NCBI GenBank assembly: GCA_963823665.1
Contig: CAWGMQ010000011.1
Location: 224,001 to 288,000 of the forward strand
From: an uncultured Planctomycetota bacterium
Lineage (GTDB): Bacteria; Planctomycetota; Planctomycetia; Isosphaerales; Isosphaeraceae
Length of the DNA: 64,000 bases
Direction: 5' to 3'
Part shown: positions 55,159-64,000 of the stretch, one piece after another
How the letters are laid out: every line of letters starts with the position of its first letter
Position numbering within the stretch: the stretch's first letter is position 1
Translations under genes and position numbers: made by a program
The notes under the pieces: model-generated
What the model saw: the letters and a program-made list of their open reading frames with translations, nothing else
What the model was told of the DNA's origin: nothing
The model's database searches: none

Positions 55159-58079
55159 TCACTTTAGCTTTTTCGCTCTGCGCAAGGTCGGCGGCTCGGC
55201 TCCCGCACTGATCGTGACCGGGATGATCTCCATCGGCTTCGTCAGCTTGATTGGCGCTTCGCTCAACACGATCTGCGGTTTGTCGGCCCCGTTCGGACCT
55301 TTGAAGATGAGAGTCGTTCCTGGTGTCAAATAACCTGGCGAGGAGATATACGCTCCGGTTTGCCCTGGTCCCGGATTGTTGATCTGATTGAACTCCGTCA
55401 GGTAGACACTCGGATCTTTGGAACCCTCGAGGGTAACCATGTAATCGTTTTGATATGCACCGTCGCCGCCGACCTTTTCGATGGTTGCCGTCGTCGTGAT
55501 CTGGCCCCACGGTATCGTCGGGTACCATGCGTTCGGGTTCGTGAAGGTGTCGATTCCCCCAAAACCGATGTCAAGGCTGTTCGGGGTGTGGTTCTCAACC
55601 GGGTTTCCCGGGGTCGAGCTCGACGCCAGCACGGGGCCGGGCGCAGCCGGGTTGGCCACATCATCGTCCACCGAGAAGGCATACCCGTCCATCTGCTCGA
55701 CGGTGTGAACAAAATAGACGTAAGGATCAAGATTGAACACGTTGAAATCCTTGCCGCCGGTCTTTGTTGTCGGGTCCGGATACCACGCTTTTTGTTGCGG
55801 AACCGCGATGAAATTCCAGACCCCGCGCAAGATCGATTTCACCACGTCACGAACGTCGCCGACCAGAATCGGCCCCACATTCGGCACGTTATAACCCGGC
55901 AGAAGCGCGTTGAACTTGATCACGTTGTCAACCAGTTGCGCCGAATAGGGCAGATAGATTGTGGGTACGATGGGCGCTTCGGCGATCATCGCCTCGTAAA
56001 CCGATCCCGCGAACCGCGCCGCCCTGTCTTTGTTCGCATCGGCGAACGTGAGATCATACGGTTTTGTGAAGCCCGCGCCAGATCCGAGCGGAATCGGCGT
56101 CGGCGCGCCGAACGTGTAAAGCTGGTTTACGGGCGCTGAGTCGCCCGGGATCATGCTCAGATAGATAATGTCACCTGTTGCGTCCGCTTCACTGATGGGC
56201 GCACCATTGGGATCGGTCATGGAAAGGATCGTGGTCCCCGTTGGAATTCCGCTGCCACTCACCGTCATTCCCACAGCCAATGCCTTGGTCGGAGCAGCCG
56301 TCAAAGTGATCTGGTTCAGTGGCTGAGTCGATGGGCTTGTCTGCCCCGGCGGTATGTAGTAATTGACATTGGCATAGGCCGTCGATGAAAAATCCTTCGG
56401 GAACAGGCCGACGTAGTACTTCGCCCACGAATACCACAGGTCAGTGATATCCGTGACCGCATAATCATTGACGGGCCTGATAAAGTCATACACGCCGTCT
56501 TCGATCTTGGCCGTGTGGCTGTTATCCACAGTGACCGTAAGAGCAGTCGGGTCGACTGTCGTGACTTTGGTTCCCGCCGGATAGTCTCCCAGGCTGGCAA
56601 CAACGTCCAGTTCGTGCTTTGGGTCACTATCAAGATAGTTCTTCAGCAACTCGAGCTGCGGCATGTAATTCGGCGCAAAATGGATGGTGTCTGCCTGCGA
56701 ATAAGTAGCACCGATGCTCGCAAGCCTGATCGGATCAGCGCCGCTGCTGGTCAGCAGCCAGTGGTTTCCCTCGGGATCATACGGGGAAGTGTTCACGGTC
56801 GCCGGTGCCGTCGGTGGACCTACTGTGACCGGGCTGTTGTCAAAAATGTTGGCGCCGGACGGGATCACGATATCACTGGCGTTGGGATTATAGTATTCGG
56901 GCCATCCCTCACCGCCGAAATAGTCGCCGAGAATCGTGTTATTCTTCTTGACGAACTCCTTGATCGGATTCTCGAACGCGTCCGTGCCAAAATTCGTCGG
57001 GTTCCAGCCGTAGTTCTCGTATCCGTAGTAAGTCGGGGGTGTCATCGTATTCAAACGATCGCCAAAAGTGATCGGAACATTGTCAGCCTCGATCGACACG
57101 GGGGCCGTCAGATTGTTGACGTACGAGACGTCGTAGTTAATCAGAGGAAATGTCTGGAGCGGGTCCGTGATGAACTGGGTCAAGTAGGGATCTCGGAACG
57201 TCCATTCCACGAGCTGCGCGGCGCGGCGGGTAACACGGTCTTGGGTATGGAAGCCCGGTAGAACACGATCGTCGGGGTCTGACCCGCCATATAATTGGAG
57301 GCCTGTGTGATCCAGTCTGTGCTCGCCGGTCCTGTGTATGTTTGAATGTTGATTTGTGCTGTAGGATCATAATTATAAATCTGGGTGGGTGCCGCGATGT
57401 CGGCGGGGTCAGTGGCGATGTACATGTTGTCTCCATCCCACAGCACCAGCGGCACCTGGAATGTGATCGAGGCCTTCGATGGCAAGCCCACAAACGTGCC
57501 ATCAGCCGTTTGATAGCCAATGTATTCTCGATACTCCATTCCGACGACATCCTGCGGATCATAATACGTGTTCGGGGACGTTGCGTTCGGATCCTGCCCC
57601 CTGTTCTCGCCTCGGATAAACGGATAGATCATGTTCGGGCCGTTGTTTGTCAGCGTGATGGTCTTCATCGCGCCGGCCTCTTCCGGTGAAGGAAAGCTCT
57701 CGTTCCAGGGAGCGCCGGGCATGGCCGCGCCGCCGTTCCAGATGATGCTGGACAGGGGCACGGCATTTGTCACTTGACTGGGTGGGATCTGGTTAGCCGG
57801 CAACTGGTCCTGTAAAGACACCTTGGCACCGTGCTTCCGTTTATGAACGCTGGCAACCTTCTCGACAGCCCGACCAACGTGATCCCCTTGAACGACGGCT
57901 TTAACCACATGCCCCAGGCCGTGCAATTCGGCGCTTCCGCTCAACATGCAGCGCTCTTCGAGCCGCAAAACCTCCGCCGCAATCCAAAGCTGGCGGTCAA
58001 CACGACGCCCGCTCCGACCCCGAGCCTTGCTCGAACGCAACCGCAGATGAAGCCCGGCTAGCGACTCGGAACCAAACAT
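55159..58079 (-). CDS. Large secreted protein with LEPR-type motif and thaumatin/GH64-like motifs (frameshift near 57220)
   Basis: LRLEERCMLS; TITLTNN...IYP; NYDVSYVN; PYVYFVH...GYAFSVDD. Confidence 0.7.
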
Positions 58080-58865
58080 GGCAAGCTCCCCAAGGTAGAT
58101 GTTCATCGAATGGCGAGCGAGTCAGAGCCGTAGGGCGCTCGGACTCGCTCTCGTAAAAGCGCTCCGTAACGTAAAGCGACCGAATCACCGGCTGGGGGTC
58201 AAAAGAAAAGAATCTCCCGAGTCCGGCAAACCCTTCGTTTCTCGGTCGCCCGCCAGCCCGGAACGCGTTCCAAGCAGATGGAGGCAGCAAGAATTGCGCA
58301 GATTGCGCAACATAACATAGCGCAAACCCTCGGCGAAGAAAAGGGTCCAAATATTTTTCACTGAGAGTTCATTGTCGGCAGGCTTGAGCTGACCGGGTCC
58401 GACCCCTGGATGAACCTCCCATTAGCAAGCGAGAATCTTGCAACGACGGTAGTGCAGGCAAGCGCACTCCGGCGTAATAGGCAAACTCCGCCCGCCGTGA
58501 GCCAGTCGAACGGTGTGCCGTAACCGAACATCTCGACTCCACGGAATCCCCCCACCACTCAACGCACGCCGCGGACGAGTGCACGCGGCAGATCCTCGTG
58601 CTCTCTTCCCTCTCTCCCTCGAGCTGATTCGGGTCAGATCGATGAGGGACTTGGCGGGTTCTGCCGCCGTACGGCAATTCCCTGGTGGTGTCGCGATATC
58701 GATCACCAAAGTGATCGGCGTCGCAAGCATTCGCCGGAATTCACTCCCACCACACTCCCGCCCTCGGCGAATCCTGCAACAACACGCGAACCAGGCCCGG
58801 GACTCGAACGGCGTACGCTCGAGCCCACATGGTCGCAGCACGCCCAGAACCACAGGACCCGCACG

Positions 58866-61800
58866 ATGTCTATTTCACCTTTCCGCAGGATTTGTCTCGC
58901 CGCCACACGCCGGACCACGGCTTCAGGCCGCGCTGCGGTGCGGCGCCGGCAGTTTTCGATCGAGCCGCTCGAGGGCCGCCAGTTGCTCTCGACGCTCCTG
59001 GTGACGACCACGACGGACAACGGCAGCAACACCGCACCAACCGCCGGCTCGCTACGCGCAGCCATTCTCGCGGCCGATGCCCAGCCGGCCGGGACCACCA
59101 CCACGATCGACTTCAAGATCGGCACCGGGTTGCAAATGATTCAACCGCCCGACGCGCTTCCTCAGATCACCCGACCTGTCATAATCGACGGAACCACCCA
59201 GCCAGGCTACGCCGGCGTGCCGATCATTGATATCGACGGTACCTCGGCCGGCTCGACTACCCGCGGGCTCGTGGTCGCCAGCACCGCGTCGGGCACTGCG
59301 TCGGCGCCTGGTGTAATTCGCGGGCTGGAGATCAACGAGTTCGGCGGCGGCGGCGTCTCGGTGCAGGCGAGCGACATTACCTTGAGCACTGACTACATCG
59401 GAATCGGTTTCCGCGACGGTGCCCTCGATCCGCGCGGCAACAGCGGCTTCGGCGTTCAGCTCTCAAGCGGAGCATCGAGCGACACGATCATGAGCAGCAC
59501 CATCGCGGCGACGCAGGGTAACGGCGTCGTGATCACTGGCTTGGGCACGACCGGTAACACCGTCACTGGCGACAAAATTGGCACCGACCCGACCGGCGAG
59601 CTCAGCATTCTCCCATACGGCTTGACTGGCAACACCGGCGACGGTGTCGTGATCTCAGCCGGTTCGACACACAACACGATCTCGGGCTCGGTCATCTCGA
59701 ACAGCGGCCAGCAGGGCGTCGCCATCTCGGGAGCGGCCACAGAGTTCAATCTGCTAACCGGGAACTTCATCGGACTCGATGCCTCCGGCAACTCGCCGCT
59801 GCGTAACAGCCTGGGGGGCGTGTCGGTCACGTCTGCGAGCTTCAATACTTTCGGCGGCACCACCGCCGCCGCTCGCAACATCATCTCCTTCAACGGCGGG
59901 CCCGGCATTGCATTCTCGGGCGACAGCAACAACCTGATCGAGGGCGACTTTATCGGCACGAACGCGGCCGGCAATTTTCCCGAGGGCAACTTCACGAATG
60001 GCGTGGCTTTCTCGGGTTCGATCAACGACACTCTGGGCGGCACCGCCGCCGGAGCGGGTGATCTCATCTCGGGCAACACCTTCAACGGCGTCTGGCTCAC
60101 GGCGGGATCGACCGAGATCCTGGTTGCCGGCGACAAGATCGGCACTGACCAGAGCGGCAGCACCGCCCTCGCCAATCAATGGGGCGTGCGAATCGATGGG
60201 GGCGCGAAGAACAACACCATCGGCGGCACGAGCTCCGCTGCTCGCGACGTGATCTCGGGCAACCTGTCGATGGGCGTCTTTATCTCGGACGCGGGCACCT
60301 CCGGCAACTTCGTGGAAGGCGACTACATTGGCACGAACGCCGCCGGCACGGCGGCTATCTGGAACGAGATCAACGGGGTGGACATCGTTTCCGGCGCAAC
60401 CGGCAACATCGTGGGCGGGACCACTGCCGGCGCCCGCGATGTGATCTCGGGCAACCTCTACAGCGGACTCGTCGTGGCCGACTCAGGCACCTCGAGAAAT
60501 GTCGTCGAGGGGGACTACATCGGAACCGACTTCACCGGCACCAAGGCGCTGGCCAACGGCCAGGACGGAGTCGACATCGTCTCGGGGGCGACCGCCAACA
60601 TCGTGGGGGGCACGACGGCCTCGGCCCTCGACCTGATCTCCGGCAGCAGCGGCTACGGGGTGCTGATCTCGGGATCGGGCACCGAGTCGAACGTGGTTGA
60701 GGGCGATTTTATCGGGACCGACGTCACCGGCACCAAAGCCATTGGCAACGGCGCCGACGGCGTGGAGATCGCCGCCGCGGCCGTCGCCAACACGGTGGGT
60801 GGCAGCGCGGCGGGGGCAGACGATGTCATCTCAGGGAACGCAATCGTGGGAGTTTACGTCCTTGGTGTGGGGACATCGAATAACGTCATTCTCGGGGACT
60901 TTATCGGCACGAACGCTGCCGGAACCGCGGCCGTTCCCAACGCCATCAACGGCGTGGACATCGTCTCCGGTGCGACTGCCGACACGGTGGGGGGCACGAC
61001 CGCGGGAGCACGCGACGTCATCTCCGGGAACATGTTCAACGGCGTCGTGCTCGCGTTTTCCGGAACGTCTGATAACGTCGTGGAGGGGGACTTTATCGGC
61101 ACCGAAGTCACGGGGACCAAGGCGTTGCCGAACGGCCAGTCTGGCGTTCAGATTGTCGACGGGGCGACCTGCAACACGGTGGGCGGCACCGCGGCCGCTG
61201 CAATCGACCTCATCTCGGGCAACGCGGGCGCGGGTGTTTTCATCTTCGCGCAGGGGACGTCGGATAACGTCGTGGAAGGCGACCTCGTCGGGACCAGCGC
61301 TGCCGGCACCGCGGCCGTCGCCAACGGCGCCAACGGGGTTGAAATCGCCTCAGGGGCGACAGCGAACACCGTGGGCGGAACGACGGCGGCGGCCCGCGAT
61401 GTCATCTCTGGCAATGAGGGCGACGGCGTGGTGCTCGAGTCGTCCGGCACCGAATCTAACGTCGTGGAAGGTGCTTACATCGGCACCGACCTGACCGGCA
61501 CAAGGGCGCTGGGGAACGCCGAGGACGGCGTCGCGATTTACGGCGGGGCCACGTTCAACACGGTGGGAGGCACGACCGCTGGGGCCCGCGATATCATCTC
61601 CGGCAACGCGAGCGTGGGTGTCTATCTCCTGGCGCAGGCACGTCGGAGAATGTTGTGGAGGGGGATTACATCGGCACGGGCGTTCTCGGCACGGCGGCGG
61701 TTCCCAACGCCATCAACGGCGTCGACATCGTCTCCGGCGCGACGTCGAACACGGTGGGCGGTACGACCGCGGGCGCCCGCGACGTGATTTCCGGGAATAC

Positions 61801-62836
61801 GTTCAACGGCGTCGTGCTGGCGTTCGCCGGAACCTCTTATAACATCGTCGAGGGGGACTATATTGGCACGGGGCTAACCGGCGCCAGAGCTCTCGCCAAC
61901 GGGCAGGACGGCGTGGACTTGATCGGCGGGGTAACCTCGAACATTGTGGGCGGCACGGCGACCGGCGCGCTTGACGTGATCTCTGGCAACGTCGGCAACG
62001 GCGTGCTGATCAGCGACTCGGGCACGGCCTATAACGAGGTCTTTGGCAACTCAATCGGCACCGACGTCACCGGCACCGTCGCCGTGCCCAACGCGACCGG
62101 CGTGGTCATCCAGAACACCGCCTCGTCCAATATCGTCGGCGGTCCGCTTGCGGTCTACCGCAACGTGATCTCGGGCAATTCCCTCGCCGGTGTCGTTGTG
62201 ACCGATCCCGGCAGCACCGGGAACACAGTGCGGTACAACTTCATTGGCAGCGACTCCACCGGCGAGCGCCCCATCTCGAGCCAGGCGGTCGGTGTCATCG
62301 TGGAAAACGGAGCGTCAGACACTTATGTTTACAATAATTTGATCTCAGCCAATTCTCTGGACGGCGTGCTGGTGACGGGCTCGAGCACCAGCAATAACTT
62401 CGTCGAGTACAACTCGATCGGGCTTGATGCCACCGGCCTGAAGGCCGTGAAGCAGGCGGGCGAGTTGTATAGCAACTTGACTGGCGTGGCGATATCGGCC
62501 GCGAATAACACCATGCTCGAGTTTAACTTCATCTCGGGGAACAGCACTGGCGTCTACGTCGGGTCAGGCGCGACGAGCAACTGGATCTCTCAAGACGACA
62601 TCGGCACTGGCATCGATGGGTTGACGAGCGTGGGCAACCTCGAGGACGGCGTGATTCTCGACGGAGTGAGCAACAACGCCATCGACGACGACCTGGTTAT
62701 CTACAATGGAAACGTCGGCATCGTGTATGAGAACGGTGCCACGGACGCCAACAACCCGCTGGCGTACTGCACATTCACAATCACCGTCAATGGGGTCACC
62801 TACGGCAACAAGAACGGTTCGATCGAGTTGACGTGA
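58866..62836 (+). CDS. Large secreted right-handed beta-helix repeat protein with LEPR motif (frameshift near 61635)
   Basis: IEPLEGRQLLS, GSLRAAI, then roughly 15 repeats of about 64 aa NTVGGT...DVISGN...NVVEGDYIGT. Confidence 0.88.
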
Positions 62837-62970
62837 GGCGCGACTGCCGGCCCGCCGGCATGCTTGGCGAGGAAGTAGGATCCCACACCGATCGGGCCGA
62901 CCACCGCGAGGGCGGCGATCCGCTGGAGCAGGCCGTGGCGATGGTTCAGGAACTCCTGGTAGCGTAGGGG

Positions 62971-62992
62971 AAAAGGTGTCAGGAACCGAAAA
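62971..62992. repeat. REP-like motif AAAAGGTGTCAGGAACCGAAAA
   Basis: Resembles short repeats recalled as flanking RAYT/REP-associated genes in planctomycetes; single copy here. Confidence 0.4.
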
Positions 62993-63115
62993 GAGCCCCG
63001 CTCACGAATCTTGAACTGCTGAGAATCAAAGACGCTTCGAGCCATGTCCTGACGGCCGCGTCCCGAATATAATATCGATCGGACTGGTGTGAGTCGTCCA
63101 AGGGAGGCGAAGACG

Positions 63116-63366
63116 ATGTCGAATCCGACCAACTACCCCCACATCGAGAAACGCGCTGATGGTAAACTCTGGCTGATCGCGACGCAAACGAAGGTTCTTG
63201 AGGTCGCGCTGGATCGTTTGGCGCACCACTGGGACGCCGATGAGATCCATGGTATCACCGGCTCGGAATTTGCATGGGCCAAGCCGTTCGCGATCTGGAG
63301 CTGATTGCTAAGATCCTGGATCCGGACGATCTGCAAAACCGCGTCGAGTATCTCCGCTACTCATGA
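63116..63366 (+). pseudogene. Collapsed DUF433 antitoxin / DUF5615 PIN-like toxin pair
   Basis: MSNPTNYPHIE...TKVLEV...WDADEIH joined near 63250, other frame, to YHRLGICMGQAVRDLELIAKILDPDDLQNRVEYL. Confidence 0.7.
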
Positions 63367-64000
63367 GGGTGAGGGATTGACGGTACGAGGCCCCGCGAGC
63401 GCGGCCGCTGCCCCGCCACTTGGGTCCGCCGCTCATGCCCCGAACACGCTGCCGGAAAGGCACCAGATGGTTCCTTTTCGGAGAGAATGCGGTCGAGCGC
63501 GACGGGAATCTCCAGGCTCAAAGTAGCCAGTCGTCGCCTCAGCTCCTCGATGTAGTCTAAGTTAAACTGCTGGCAGTCGGGAGCGTGCCAGAGTATGCAA
63601 CGTTCCTTGTACTGCCAGTCAAGGTGCACGACCACCATGCTCGCGTCCTCGTAGGCCCAGACGGCAATCACAGTTCTTGAGGCGGAGTCCCTTGCCAGCG
63701 CAGATGGGGTGAAGATCTCGATCTGCTTGCCATGCTGCATACCCTTCACGACCGCCCGCACAGCCGCCCGGCTACGGCCAATTGGGATGACCGCAAGCTC
63801 GTAAGGCCCGACAGCGATCGTCCGGTGAGCGACGGTGGGCCGCGTGGAATTCTCCAGCGTGTCCATCGCCCCCTCCCACAGGCTGTGGAGGGTGTTCTGC
63901 TTGAACAGGAAAGGCTCGGCCGGGGAGAGCCGGACCGTCGGCTTGACGCGCGGGGCGTCGTCGTCTTCCTTTGATCGCTCGTCCCGGGGGATGACGCCTC
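63357..64000 (-). CDS. Hypothetical protein, partial (5' end outside the window)
   Basis: The frame of ORF 63357-63866 stays open to the window end (GVIPRDERSKEDDDAPRVKP...LWEGAMD). Confidence 0.6.
   Translation of the reverse strand, partial: GVIPRDERSKEDDDAPRVKPTVRLSPAEPFLFKQNTLHSLWEGAMDTLENSTRPTVAHRTIAVGPYELAVIPIGRSRAAVRAVVKGMQHGKQIEIFTPSALARDSASRTVIAVWAYEDASMVVVHLDWQYKERCILWHAPDCQQFNLDYIEELRRRLATLSLEIPVALDRILSEKEPSGAFPAACSGHERRTQVAGQRPRSRGLVPSIPHPHE

Noticed and set aside
58440..58530. c-di-GMP-I riboswitch (AGGCAAAC)
   Set aside because: No GAAA-capped stem or GACGCAAA; the motif is incomplete.
60900..61840. DGR template/variable repeat pair
   Set aside because: Differences are mostly synonymous rather than adenine-specific; both copies are coding; no reverse transcriptase in the window.
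1..64000. tRNA, rRNA, prophage or intact IS element
   Set aside because: None recognised by eye; a covariance-model scan would be needed to exclude small RNAs.

Overview
High-GC bacterial window, very probably from a planctomycete of the Isosphaeraceae type (LEPR-xLL export motifs, a DUF1549/DUF1553-DUF1501 cluster, many TPR proteins). Core blocks: a chaperone cluster groEL-groES-groEL-dnaJ-grpE-FmdB-yacG behind a sigma54-type promoter (10.0-16.9 kb); an aldo/keto reductase, a TolC-family lipoprotein and a TPR-GT9 protein; and an LPS/lipid locus (icd, lpxK, DHS-like protein, waaF, epimerase, then GT39, LPS kinase, GT4, nucleotidyltransferase and a plsY fusion) split by three paralogous, apparently exported TPR genes on the opposite strand. 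The accessory regions (0-9.8 kb, 43.5-64 kb) hold higBA, collapsed or orphan toxin-antitoxin remnants, many REP-like palindromes, gene fragments and two large secreted proteins. The least explained signals are: (i) a conserved ~53-bp motif present 8 times, in the tail of an 'NALKHG' gene, in a gene-less tandem array and in a solo copy 40 kb away; (ii) the kinase-less TPR triplet; (iii) the PlsY-beta-propeller fusion. Many genes, including dnaJ, groEL2 and plsY, carry small frameshifts that are most likely long-read consensus errors. All family assignments are by motif recognition; no database search was run.
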